A stretch of 63,716 bases of DNA, counting the filler, from Sphacelaria rigidula (lineage: Eukaryota): assembly GCA_964200075.2 (NCBI GenBank). It is 10 parts of 10 records of this genome, joined end to end, with 100 filler letters (N's around TTAATTAATTAA, not from the genome) between each part and the next. Parts side by side here need not be neighbours in the genome. Positions count along the whole stretch, not along the records: positions 31,912 to 38,192 come from CAXNAA020021033.1; positions 38,293 to 44,573 come from CAXNAA020021034.1; positions 44,674 to 50,954 come from CAXNAA020021035.1; 7 more parts are not named here. The stretch is one strand, 5' to 3'. The position numbers were made by a program, and so were the translations under genes. Below are positions 35,877 to 48,794 of the stretch, piece by piece (position 1 is the stretch's first letter; each line of letters begins with the position of its first letter). Under the pieces are notes generated by a model. That model was not told the origin of the DNA. It did no database searches and was given only the letters and a program-made list of their open reading frames with translations.

Positions 35877-36989
35877 GTGAAAAGATCTCAGATCATGCGA
35901 CATGTGTTTGCTGCCGACTAAGGTCAAGGCAATGTTCGATTGTTTTACACTGCTTTGCTCACGTGTTCTCGTGACAGTGCAGGCATAACCGGTGTCTTCT
36001 TCCCAAAAAAACGAGAACGCGACACAGAAAAATCACGGGAAAAAAAATACCCCGCCAAAACTCATGCTGTTTCAACTTATTAGTGATCTTCAACATGCTT
36101 TTGTGGACTGTTGGGATCGCATAACTGGCACCACAGTACGCAGATATGACGGTGTCAGAGGCTTCACGTCAAAACTAAAGGATAAGGGATCTCAGATCAT
36201 TCGACTTGTCTTTGCTGCTGGCTTAAGGCCAAGGCAATATACGGTTGTTTCCGACTGCTTTGCTCTCATGTTCTCATACCGTTCGCTGCATAACCGCTGT
36301 CTTCGTGTTACCAAATCAACGGGAACGCAAAGAAAATTACGGTGAAAAAGTACCCCGCCATGAACAGGCTTTTGTGGTTCGGGATTCTGTTTCAAGTTTT
36401 CCATCATCTTGAGGAGGCTTTTGTAGTTCGGGATCGACACCCCGCGAAAAAAGAGCTAATTTGGACGACTTTCGGTGGCCAGAACACGCGCCACAGCCAT
36501 CAGATGACGCCCCAACCTGAACGGTTATGTACCGCTGCGCCTTCTTCGTGCGCTGCATTAGAAAGCGCGGGATAAAATGCCTTGCTGCCAGAGAAACTCG
36601 GCAGAAGTGGTGAAAAATGTGAAATGATGCATGTACATATACATATGGTGAGAATCTAACACGCTTCACATCCTCTTAGGGGGAATATCAGACGTGACAA
36701 ACATCACCACTACCACCGAAAAAGCAAGAGCGACAATAACCACAAAATCATCACACCCAAACGACAACCAACAGCAAGACACAGCAAGAAACAGCAACAG
36801 GCAACAACCCACATGAAGAACAATTGGGACTACGACAACAATAAACAAACAACAAACCAATAACAACAACAACAACAACGTCACCGACAGTGGATGATGA
36901 CAATTTTAACATAACTATCATCACCACCACCAACAGCTGCCGCTCAACTACGAGTCCACTACTCCATGAACACCCCCCTTCCCCCCTCC

Positions 36990-37225
36990 CATCTCCACGG
37001 GGACGATGGCTCTATGAGGAGATAGATGGTGGCCACAGACGGCGAAACAGGACGGGGGATAAGATATGTAAAAGGTTTTTGTGTAATATATGGAAGACAC
37101 GTAATGAGCGCCGGAATGTTGGAGGTGTCTCTATCAGGAGTAGGAACGGTGCTTGGTCGCGAAAGGGATAGGTGGTCAATGGTCAAACGACCACGGCAAG
37201 CAACAAATGAATACTCCCCCTCCCC
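36990..37225 (+). mobile_element. Poly(C)-ended retroelement, subfamily A (long copy, intronic)
   Basis: Encodes GDKICKRFLCNIWKTRNERRNVGGVSIRSRNGA.SRKG and ends CAACAAATGAATACTCCCCCTCCCC. A C-rich tract also lies upstream at 36973-36996. Confidence 0.85.
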
Positions 37226-37259
37226 GGCTCCACGCGTGCAAGCATGCCCACAAACATAC

Positions 37260-37387
37260 CTCACTCCCGTCTTCCTCCTCCTCTTCCTCTTCCTCCTCAT
37301 CTTCATCGTCGTCATCGCTGCTCTCTTCCTCTGGAGGAGCAATGTCCCCCCGTGCAAGCCAACTCACTCGCCGCTTGTTGGCTGAAT
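37260..37387 (-). CDS. Acidic internal exon, probably of the same CEBPZ-like gene
   Basis: CTCCAG acceptor, SANKRRVSWLARGDIAPPEEESSDDDDEDEEEEEEEEDGSE, and a GAG|GTATGT donor in phase 0 matching the exon at 33895. Confidence 0.6.
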
Positions 37388-38111
37388 CTGGAGGGCCGGT
37401 TGGTACCAAAAAGTCGCAAGAAACAAAAGAGATGAGAGAGAGGTACATATATAAAAAGGCCAACATGCAAAACAAGAAATATCCGTCATTAGGTGAAAGT
37501 GAGAATCAGGGCGGATCTCCGTCCCGAACACACACACCTACATACGGGCAGATATTCCGTCCTTCCGCATGCTTCCAAGAATGATACTCATGGCACGGAT
37601 GTACCGTCACATTGAGTCATCATCCATTTCCATAATCAAAGTACTGCCTTACTCCGAGGATGGGAAAGGGTTACCCCATAACTCACGTCGGCCACTCACA
37701 TCGTCCTCCTCACCCGAGGCCTCATCTACCTCCACACCAACACACACTGGAGCATGACACTGGAATATGACACACACATCCTCGTCTCCGTGGCAAAGAT
37801 CCCGTCACCCACGTTGTGCCTACTCCCCACGGGTGGTACCCCTCATGAGAATACAGAAAAATGAAAACAATCCATGGTAGCAGTAGCAGCAGCAGTAGCA
37901 ATTGTTGCTGCTGCTGCGTGTGGTCATACTCTGGCGTTGTACAAAGACAAGAAGCGTGAGAAGAAAACAAGAACGACCAGTGACAGCCACAGGCTACTGT
38001 AGTATACCAAAAGTATGAGCGCAAAAGTGCAAGTACAACTAAACTTCAGCTATGACAACCAGCCAAACAGACTATTATATTATATATTTAGCTAGTGCTT
38101 GCCGAAGGGCA

Positions 38112-38192
38112 GGAGGGAGGGGGGCGTGTACTCATGATCATGCATGCCATAGCCATAACACCATTGACCTCGCATCCCTACAAAGCCGGGAC
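38112..38192 (-). mobile_element. Poly(C)-ended retroelement 3' end, subfamily B
   Basis: GGAGGGAGGGGGGCGTGTACTCATGATCATGCATGCCATAG...CCATTGACCTCGCATCCCTACAAAGCCGGGAC running to the contig end. Confidence 0.8.
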
Positions 38193-39622
38193 NNNNNNNN
38201 NNNNNNNNNNNNNNNNNNNNNNNNNNNNNNNNNNNNTTAATTAATTAANNNNNNNNNNNNNNNNNNNNNNNNNNNNNNNNNNNNNNNNNNNNGTGGAATG
38301 CTTTCTGACACACGTATTAGCCTCTTTTTTCGTGCAACCAAATACCCCCCCCTCTATCGTAGGATGACTCAAACCGAAAGGTGTAAACCGACGTCCAGAA
38401 GAGAAGGGACGACAGCACACACATACATCCGACGTTTTTCTCGCGGGGGGTATTCGTCCATGTGGTCCGTCATAACAGTATATAAAGTTGCGTCCTTTTC
38501 GCTTACTCAAGTACTATAGCTTTTTTCGTGAAATGTCGACAGTTGTGGGTGTATATGTTGGAGCGAATTTCAACCAACAGTTGTACACGGACATGTTGCT
38601 CTTTCGTAAGCAAAATATAAACTTCTCAGCAAACTCCTACTCTTGGAGAACGAATCCACTTTTTTCTCCATGTTTCAGCTCTCCTTAAAAATCAGAACGC
38701 ATTGCCTGTGACACATTCGAGTCTTCCGCGTTCTTCACACTTTTAATACGTGGAACAAAATTCAGTGTGTTTCGTCCACCATTCCGCGCTCACAACGTTC
38801 GCGTTCCGTAATCCTAATCTTGCCAGACCCATGCCAGATGTTCCTTCTTCTACTCATCACATGAAGCACAGTTTCATAACCGATACACACGTCAAACCTC
38901 TGGCTCAACCTCTTGGTAGAAGTCATTACCTTTACCATCTCCCAATTTAAATTAATTCCTCCCCACGCCTTTCGTGAAGCACGGGGCCGCCGACAGGCGG
39001 CCCCGTCCGATCCTTGTATACTTGTACGATTGCCCACATATACACTGCCCATCAGACAAGAGGCGGGTAATGGAGATAGTCATGACCCACAGAACTGTCC
39101 ATCAATCCATCTACGCGCCCTGTCACGCCGAGGGGCCCGAAAGCTAGCGAGGATTGCCCAACAGCCGTATTTACTGTTACTATTATCGCACATTAGCCCG
39201 ATATCTCCAACCCGTGGCCACAGACGTCGGCTCACCGTTCCAGTATCTTGACAGCCATTCCTTACCAGAGATGGGGCGCTCACAGTTGATGGTAATACCG
39301 ACACCGAACGAGAGCTGCACATCAGCGAAATACTCGACCGAAACAATGTGCTTCCAACCTTCCCATCACTAGATGTCAACACCATAGGACGATGCAAAGT
39401 CGTCGAAACGGCTGTTGAGGCCTATCAGCTTACTCAATCACAAGCATGTTTCCAGAATTGCGCGGCTTTTCACGCGCAAGCCAACCTCTCACATGACGAT
39501 TCTTGAGCCGGGCACAACCATTGCGTGGCCCTCCTTCCACCAGACCGCAACAGCGAAAATCTTACGTGGCCATCTTTGAACCAGGGCGTGACAGTGAAAC
39601 TCTCGCATGATAATCTCGGAAC

Positions 39623-39672
39623 GGGGGGGCGTACTCATGCGTTGCTTGCCTTAGTCGTTTGACCATTGACCA
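39623..39672 (-). mobile_element. Poly(C)-ended retroelement, subfamily A (50-bp copy)
   Basis: G7-CGTACTCATGCGTTGCTTGCCTTAGTCGTTTGACCATTGACC. Confidence 0.75.
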
Positions 39673-41179
39673 TGGCAGCACAAGTGTAAATCTCACATGA
39701 GCAATCTTTAAATCGGTTCAGAAACCGGAAACGTCAAACAGACGCATGAAACGCCGATCATGTGAGAGGCCTTGCAATATTGCTTGTATGAAATCTCTCC
39801 ACATGTATCATTAGTGCGCGCGCAACCTCCCCTCTCTATCCCCTAACGCGCATGAAGATGCGAGTGAACACGGTCCCGGCACCCCCACTTAGACAAACGT
39901 TCCTATCATGTACAATCTAAGTTCCTCCAGTACCTTCAAGAGAAAAAATTCATCGTTTTCCACCGAGTGGAAATATTGAATTCACGGTTGTCCTCATGTT
40001 TCAGACAACGTTCCACACGCAACAATTACCAAATTCAATACACTCGTTACTCTGCTTTTAAATATTTTAGCATATCAGTACATGACAGCCTCACAGTTTT
40101 AGAGGAATCTCGGTTTACCAAACCCTGGACCCGCACTCGACCCTAGCGCTAACAAGTCACAGTGCGATGGATATCCTGCTGGACTCTTGAGAATTCTTCG
40201 TACTTTTCACCCGTTTGATCTTGGGTAGAAGAACTGAGCATGCTCCAAAAATATTTGCTATAGGCACGAAGAACTTTGAGCCATAGGGAACCCCTGCCGG
40301 CCACCCCACCTCTCCGCATCCCGTGACCCCGCCTGTGTAGCCAACTACTCCTCTACAGCACCCCCCTTGCCTTACCCCGCCTGTTGCTGCTGCACAGCTG
40401 TGCTTGATCAAAGTCACTGGACGAGAATACCTCAGCTACCTCGTTTCCGCCACTAGGATCTGCCGTACAAGAGAGCATGACGGTTGCAATGGGAGTCTGG
40501 TGGTGAGAACATACACAGTACAACAGAAACATCGCAAGGTTTCTGACTTTGGTATGACAGGGGTGTTATGGACCCGAATCAGATCTTTCTGGGCGTACCC
40601 TTATCCGCGCCCGTCGGAGGATGATGACAACGGAGAAGGATGGTGCGAGCCACACCACTCTCAACATCGGCGGCCTACCCCACGGAGTTCTTCGGCAAAA
40701 AATAGCATTTCAATGACAAGGGATGTCATGGCAACAGGGAAGTACCACGTAGTATAATAGGACGGCATGAGCCAAAAAATGGGCAATGCAGACATGACAC
40801 ACTAGAAGACTTTACCATCTGAGAGGCGCAACACGGCAACACCAAGAACGGCGAATAGAAATGCCTAGGGGCAACCAACAGCACCACAGGATACGATTGT
40901 AGTGGAGGAGACCCAAGTCTACACCTTGTGCCAGGTGCGGCAATCCACAGCGCAACCGTGGGTGATGCGGAGAGTCGGCAGCGCTTACCTCATCATACAA
41001 AATGACAAGCGATAGTCGCAAGCAAAAATGTCGCTCTACCTCAACCCTCCCGTCCCGGTCAGACAAAACGTTCTGGTAAACACACCACCTCGAGCAGTAA
41101 GTAATCCATAACGTCGGTCCTTGTTGCCCAACTCTACCGCGTGCACATGAACCTTGCGAAACACGCTAGCTTCTACACC

Positions 41180-43690
41180 TCACTCTCCACTCGTCCTAGA
41201 CAACCTCCTCACCTCCTCGCCCAGGGACACTCCACACCCCAACCCCTTCTCCACGGCACCCCCCTGACCAAACGCCCCCGGCCACAGCCATAGCCACCGT
41301 TTCAGCTCACGTCCAACACCTCCCCTCTCTCCTAGAACACCCATCTCGGCAAGGGCGGCAGTGACCAACTGAGAGCAGAGGTACGTCGGTGAAATCGCTG
41401 CTTTTTCGCCTTGCTCGGTACATTTAGAACCCTCGTCGTTGCATCCCCTTTTGACTCCACCATCGTGTAACCGGGCTGGCTCCGCGCCCCTCCTTTGCCG
41501 GAAGCTACAATCGCTGCGGGTCGACACGTGCGCGTCTGGAAATGCGCTGTTTTCCCTTATCTCTATGCCTGCTCTATCTACCAAGTTGTGCTCACTACTG
41601 GTACGAGGTGTCAACTTGTCAGAGGATGGACAGTGCTCATCCCCTCGCAACTCCGTCCCGCCACCTCTCCATTCATTGGGCGTTTGGGATGTTGATGGAA
41701 GCGCCTTTGGTGGAAGGTCAAGATCTGGTGGAGCTAATAGTGATTCTGCTGGAGGTGCCCTGTCAGCGGGAAATTCGGGTCCCGATGAAGGAAGCGGGAG
41801 AGCAACACCGTAGGCCTGCGGTGGCCACGGCGGGAGCACGGACAGGCGAGCGTGGTGTAGGGAAGACAGAGGCCAAAAGGGTTTCAACAGAGAAGGTAGA
41901 TTACTTTTAGTTGTGCGTGACAATCATCCTCAACTATTATCGCTGTGGACAGAAGTGGCCAGCAATCTCCTGATTGGTCAACACTCCTTGATCGACGGCT
42001 GACGATAGTCGTTGCCTTTTGGACCGGAGAGACTTTTGAACGCGAATAAACGGCAGGCGGGAGATTCTCATTTGGACCAGTTCTTTTCTGGAGAGGGGAG
42101 GGCGGCGTTCTCGAGAGCCTTTTGGCCGAACGTGAACCTGACGCCGCTCAACAAAGTGGCACTAACTTTTGGGATTGATGAAAAAAAGCAGGCAGCTCTG
42201 ATTCGCCGAGGAAACTCCATCACGTGCAGTGTCCTTAGACAGCCTGGGAGGGAAAGAAAGGAACCCAGGAACTAGAGTCGAGACAAGGGGTAGTACGGCA
42301 CCACTACGTATACATAACTGGATAGGTGCAAGTTGCCCGAACTCAGAACCCAGAAAACACCAAAACAGGCAGCACACTCTGGCTGCAGTTGGTAGGGTGG
42401 ACGTTGTAATTACAGAGAGACAAGGTAGCCCAGACATGAAATCTCCAACGCGCGTCACATACACATGAGATGGCAGAATACCCAGCAAGGAATATTCTTC
42501 GATTGCCGAGTGACTGACGAAATCGAAACAAACTTGATACCCGGGTGCGAGAGACAAGAAACGGTTCAGAGGCGCACACGATCGCTCGCCTGACGCAAGG
42601 GGTCCACGGACTGTGGGTAAGCAGGACTTCAATGGTATGGTGTTAAGGATCCACGAATCATGACGATCGAGCTAAAGAAGCGAGGCCAGTCTGCGAGATC
42701 GGTATGCACCCTCAACGCACACCAGCGTGTGAAGAAGAGCTCCACCACGCCTTCAGAACACAACACTACCATCTCCTTTCCACACTTCACTCCTCCTTCT
42801 GGAACACCGAACCTGACCATCAAGCACCTCCTCCCCTGCCCCCAACGAGGCAGTGTGTAACCCATGGCTGTCTCCGGAAGTGACGATACCAGAAAATGAA
42901 GCAACTCATCGGAAGCTACCATCCATATTCCAGATAATCAGTACGCTTCAGGCCGAACGATTAGGTTGCAGTTCACCCTTCACGCGACTCAACGAAGGCA
43001 TCGCGGCGCTTCGCGCTTGGTGATGGGTTGCGAGCCTGATCCGGCAAAAACGCGGCGTACTCTGTCCCGGCATTGTAGGAATGAAAGGCCAATGGTCTAA
43101 TGACTACGGCATGCAATATCATGAGTACACCATGCCACATACACAGAACAGAACGAAAGGGACAAAACTCACCATTCCCTCCACCTGCCGCGCAAATTTC
43201 GCCAGGCGACGCCGGGACTCGACCGGACGGGGACACTCCAGTCTCCGAAAAGCCACTCTTGTTGCGAAACCCTGATCCTGGTAGGCCCGTACCCGTTCCA
43301 CGAGGGGATACCTTCGAACTCCATCCTTGGTGCTTTCTAACAGCTCCAGCGGTTGCCCTGGGCTGCGCGACACAGCCTGCCAAATAAGCGTCAACGGTTC
43401 ACATGGAGTTGTGTTCAGTGAGAAAGCGTCCGAAATTTCGGGAAAACACTGCCTTTGGATATACGCACTGTAGATTCTTGCTTCACGCTAGACAACGTTG
43501 AAGATGTGCAGATACTTGGCGAGTGTGACGTGAAAGCATGCTTTGGAGCGAGCCAGGGTTGCGGCGTTCGGATCTGCCCATCTTTGTACAACGCCCCTTC
43601 ACTTCCATTGTTCTTTCATCGCAGAAGTGGGCAGGCATCACCTGGGGGTGTCGCGAGCAGAACAGATTCAAGAGTTCCCGTGACAAACTC
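41180..43690 (-). mobile_element. Possible heavily decayed LTR retrotransposon (gag-like remnant)
   Basis: Intronless broken reading frames with gag-like LLHFLVSSLPETAM and DWPRFFSSIVMIRGSL, and a TGTCACG start near 43685. No catalytic motif recognised. Confidence 0.3.
43060..43130 (+). mobile_element. Poly(C)-ended retroelement 3' end, subfamily B (diverged, C run eroded)
   Basis: GTCCCGGCATTGTAGGAATG..AGGCCAATGGTCTAATGACTACGGCATGCAATATCATGAGTACACC. Confidence 0.7.
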
Positions 43691-44543
43691 TGACCTTGTC
43701 TGCCCGTCTGTGGTTACTTCCAGCGAATGACCAGAGCAGGGCCGCTGTGTTCTGTGCAAGGGCTGGCGACAGCAAGTGTTTGCTAGCATTGGTCGAGTGA
43801 ACCATCCTTCATACACGTCATGTAGTGTACACTACTCTACGCGCGGCCGCCATAATGCCCTAATACGCCCCTGAATCGCCGCCTCCTGGTGCTGTTGCTC
43901 CTACCACTTACCATACGGCAAAATCGTATTAGTTGTTGTTCTTGTTGTTGTTCTTGTTGTTGTTGTTGTTGTTGTTACTGTAGTTGTTGCTGTTGCTGTT
44001 GTCTTCACATCAAAAACCGTTCCGATATCTGCGCAGTTCTCTGTATTAGGCACATGATGCGAACGCCTTCCGTTGTCACAGGCTAACTACCCAAAATAGC
44101 GTAAAAGTAGAGAGAAACAAAATGGGACCCAGAATAGTTCGCACAGACGCGATACAAGAAAAAGGAGAATGAAACAAACAAATAAAAGAAGAAATGCTGT
44201 TAAACCATAAGTTCCGGTGCCGTAGGCGACCATTCGGACTACTGGGAGGCCCCGATGGTCCACTCAACACGTGAGGCCAAACAGAAAAACGGAGCCAAAC
44301 TCAGGAACAAAGATCACCAACTATAGCGATAAGAATCGCATGGTTCGATCCTTGTACCTCTAGAGGGACGGCCATGTGTACGAAAATACTAGGCATCACA
44401 GGAAAAGCACCGCATAACAACACACCACCTCGGGGGGGGTGGTACATGGAAGGCATCAATTAGTGGGGGGAAATAAACGAGACACTGGGAAATGATGGCG
44501 ACGAACAAAAACCCAGCCATCTCACCAAATTCAACGAACGACA

Positions 44544-44573
44544 GGGGGGGGTGTACTCATGATCATGCATGCC
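44544..44573 (-). mobile_element. Poly(C)-ended retroelement 3' end, subfamily B (at contig end)
   Basis: G8-TGTACTCATGATCATGCATGCC. Confidence 0.75.
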
Positions 44574-47514
44574 NNNNNNNNNNNNNNNNNNNNNNNNNNN
44601 NNNNNNNNNNNNNNNNNTTAATTAATTAANNNNNNNNNNNNNNNNNNNNNNNNNNNNNNNNNNNNNNNNNNNNAAACCTTCGTGACCGGTACCTGCGATC
44701 CCAACACTACATATATATAAAGTTAATACCATACGAAGCGTTGAAGAGCATGGCTTCATAGCCTCATTTTCTAACACCTCATCTCGGAGTTGATTCTCAA
44801 TTCGCATAATTTGTTGTTATATTTGTAATGAACCATGCACAACTAACAGCAAGGACTTGGGCAACGGTATTCATTGCTCCGAACCACCTTTCACCATGAA
44901 ACTGCCGTGGCTGTTGGTATGAAAGGAAGAGACAGGGAACGAGTAAAAAACCATATTCCTAGGGTTAGTCCGGTGCTCTGGAGTGTGATATAATGAATCA
45001 TTTCATTATTTCACGGAACAAAAAAGGTGCTCTTGGGTGCGGGGGAATTCTGCAACGCTCATCGTGTAAATTTTGTGCAACAAGACCCACTAGCATTGCC
45101 GGGGGAGAAATGGTCATCGCCCCATGTTTCTTCATCCTCCGACCAAAAACTACAACTAACGATTTGTCGCAGCTCATCCATGACTACCACAACCACAGCA
45201 TATATACCCATGTATATCGGGAATTCCCGTACCCACGCATCTTGCATATATCATATTTGTAAGGTATTCTCCCGATTGAGGATTTTGCAGACACCATCCG
45301 CGACCTTCACTCGAGTATATCGCTCGAAATAAAAAGATCGTAGTGAGACATTTTCCTCGTCACGAGATATCTTGCGATTCGTTACAGAGACTGGAGCGAT
45401 ACGGAACGGCCGAGCTCCAAGACCTGAGGTACGGCATCTTCGGGAAAGCCGCGTACTGGAAGCCAGCGAATTTTCGACAGATACCTGTAATATTTATGGA
45501 TATAGGTGACCACTTTGGGACAAACAGAACCGTTGTTCATGGACGACGCACTCTACCAATGCACGTGACACAAAAGAAGACACGTAATCGCCGACAATTT
45601 CCTCCTAATCCCGCACCACATCCGCCATCACTCACGAGTACTCCATGGCCTGGTGGCGTTCCTCGTTCACGTGGACAGTCGACGATAGGAGCAAGGGGAC
45701 GGAATCGATCCAGGACACGAACGACAGCTGTCCACAGCGCGCGAAAACCATATCCCCTCGCTTCTTCGCTTCCAACCCGCGGCTCTGCCAAAAATTTAAC
45801 GCGCCAGCCACTCCCGCCCTGTTCTTCCGAACAGTCCCCACGCTGAAAATGCCGTGCGTGAGGAGTCACAGCTGAAGCATGGGGGAGGTGAAGACGTTGT
45901 CCATGGCAACATGCACCCCGGTGTGCTCGAGCTGCGGCCCGAACTTATCACAGGCTTTTAAAAGGACGTACAGAACCATTCGGGTTGTGCGACCGAGAGG
46001 GCAGTTGGCCCATTCGCCTAGGTGGCAGTCCCCTTCGAAGCCAGCGTCCACAACGCTCACGAAACAATATTCTGTCCGGCAACATACCGCCCACACCTTG
46101 ATACCTGCCAGACGCGCGAGGGTAGCAAACCAGCATTTTGGACTATACTGTGTCACTCACTTTCTTCTGTGCCAACAAGCTCTGTCCGCAAGTTTTCGCG
46201 GAATGTTTTGCAGAATCATGAGCACCCGACCGTACACCGCGTTCAGTAGAGGGCGATGGCATGCTGAGGTGTTGGTGTCGTTGTGCCCGGCGCAGACATG
46301 CGGCGCACATACTGACCCCGCACTCAATCGAGTGTGGGGTCTAAATCGGTCAGGGGTCCTCGGGGATTGCTTGTGACATAAACACGCAACATTCATGCGA
46401 ACACAGCTGTTCTAAACTTCAAATTCCGTCATCTGCGATGTCTGCCCACCTCACGTTGACTTCACCCCATGTCCCAGTCAATGGCGGTTCGGCAAAACAA
46501 AAAAAATGATGCGGCGGTTGGAAGATGGAAATGAGTGCGGCGGCGGTGTGAATGACTGTACCAAGACATCCCCACATCCGTCCTGTAACTCCCCCCCCCC
46601 CTTGACGGCAGCAATTACGTTTTGGGAGCCACTGTGGAAATGTCGCCTACTATTGCTGACTGGGAGCCGTAAGAAGCGACATGCGTTCATTTTTACCTCG
46701 GATTTTTTCGGCTCCCCCCCCCCGATCACCCGCCATCGGTGTCAATACTACGGCACGCAACATCACGAGCACACGATCCGGCAGCCGTCTCCATCCTCCA
46801 AAACATTGTTTGGCATGGTGTGAAGCGTTTTGACATTTGCCAGAGACGAAAACCGGCGAGCAGCGGTGTCGCGGCGTCAGCTGCAGTCACACGGATGGGG
46901 TAAGTCACAAGGAGGGAGGTTCCCCGGAAAGATGAGAAGATCCCCTACTCAGGAGTTGCGGTATACATAATGCTAAGAAGGCCTTCTTCGGGCGACTGCA
47001 CATGAACGTGGGCTTTTCGGGCTGCTCTATGCGCAATAAAGGCCACACGATGTCATATTTATCGCGCTCTCGCGAACGGAGACCAACACACGTCATCTTT
47101 GCTCGATCACCTCCCGGTTGTGCGAGCTTCTTGCACGAAACGAGACCGTAATCGTTATTGCAAACAAAACATGTAGCACTCGCCGTGTTTGATGGGCTTG
47201 TTCTTGTTGGACCTGATGAAGAAGTGGGCAACCCTTGCAGTGCACTTCATCATCTGCTCATCGAAGGCTATCCACAACCCGACCTCGGCAGCCTCACTCC
47301 ACGCCCCATTCAGTATTTCCTTCAGTCTCCTGTGGAGCGAAAGAGGGTTAGGAGGGGGTGTTCTGTGTTACGATGGGGGGTGCCAGCGTCCGGGTTCTGC
47401 GCACAGACATCCTCGCATCCAAAACGACCAGAGGCCGGTGGTGGCAACCCCAGGACAGATGTGATATCAAGTCTGGTTCTCGGTCATGTTTGGGCTGTTT
47501 TACCACGAAGTCGA

Positions 47515-47720
47515 GGGGGGAACGGGGGACGCGTATTCGCTTGTTGCTTGCCTTCGTCGTTTGACCGTTGACCACGAATCCCTTTCGAGACGGAGCACCG
47601 TTTGTACTCCTAATGAAACCACCTTCGACACTCGGATGCTCATTACGTTTCTTCTATGCATTATTACAAAACCCTTGGCATATCCAATGCCCGTTCTGTT
47701 TCACCGTCTGGGCCAAACAT
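47515..47720 (-). mobile_element. Poly(C)-ended retroelement, subfamily A (diverged), inside a PGBD intron
   Basis: GGGGGAACGGGGGACGCGTATTCGCTTGTTGCTTGCCTT.GTCGTTTGACCGTTGACCACG.ATCCCTTTCGAGAC... Confidence 0.8.
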
Positions 47721-48590
47721 GGAAACACGCTGTCGCGCCCCCCTCCCTCCCACACATGTACCCACCCACGTTCTCTGAAAGTATGTATACCTGATATGTG
47801 CTTTTCCGTCGTAGCCCTTCTCCCCTCTCTGCGGAAGGCCCCTAGGTGCGAGGTGGAAGAAGCGCGACATGAGGAGGAGAAAAAAATCGCGCGGCATGGT
47901 CTTTCGGACATGCGGAAAGTTCTGCTTCCCCCCCGTCCCCCAATGCATGATCATCCGCGGGAGCCTCGTGATCCCCATCTCGAGTACAATTCCTAGCGCT
48001 CCATAGACATGTTCTTTCCGGAACCCGCCTTCTGGTACACTGGTGTTGCCAAGCGTTCTGGTTTTCCGGCGGTGTCGCTGTTCTCGTTTTTGCTGCTTGT
48101 CGTCATGCCCGGTCGGTTCCTCCTCCGCAGTGCAGAAGGCGACGTAGTCATTCGTCTGCAAGCCAAGAACGGCAGCAGTGGCAAATATCCATGGGGTTTT
48201 GCATCATAAAGGGGGCGGCAGAGACACATCCCATCGATTCACACTGGTTGCAAAAGCCGCCCGCAAAAACGGTGGCGGCGTGCCAAACATTTATAGGACC
48301 GCCGTGCAGAGATCGCCAGTAATCACATCACGAACGTGCATGAAGGGCAACAACGACGCCCGGAAGGTTGAACGTGTTGCGTGATGTGGATAACAAACTG
48401 ATGGAGGGGGCGCCCGATAAATAGCAGAGATGCATCGCGCATGTCGCTTCGGTACTTCTACCGACCTACCAGGGTCGGGATACCCGACCGACGGCGATGC
48501 ATCGCAGTTGTCATTACGAGCCGAAGCGTTGTCAAACATACCAACTTGTCCAGTCTCCAACCAGAGAGTTTCAGTGTCAACCATATAATC

Positions 48591-48794
48591 CAAGTGCAGA
48601 TCGAGTAGAGTATACTCAATTGCGGGGTATTTTTAAATTCGTACTTGAGGTGCACAAATTGGGGGAAACATTTTAGGGATCGCTTTCCAGTTTGTTTTGG
48701 GTACGACTACCAACACTATACCCCCAATTTGGTACCTCGGGTACGTCTTCCAAAATACCCCGCAATTGAGTATACTCTACTCGACCTGCACTTG
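48591..48794. mobile_element. 204-bp MITE with 43-bp TIRs (CAAG...CTTG) inside a PGBD intron
   Basis: CAAGTGCAGATCGAGTAGAGTATACTCAATTGCGGGGTATTTT and its reverse complement with one mismatch. Flanks ATATAATC/ACATAATA match 6/8. Confidence 0.85.

Noticed and set aside
39623..43130. A and B ends as TIRs of one 3.5-kb DNA transposon
   Set aside because: This is the only inward-facing pair within a contig. The A copy breaks off after 50 bp, no TSD was seen, and the long A copies encode an ORF C-terminus. It is not fully excluded, because contig-end copies cannot be followed.
43930..44002. Poly-Cys ORF
   Set aside because: (GTT)n microsatellite.
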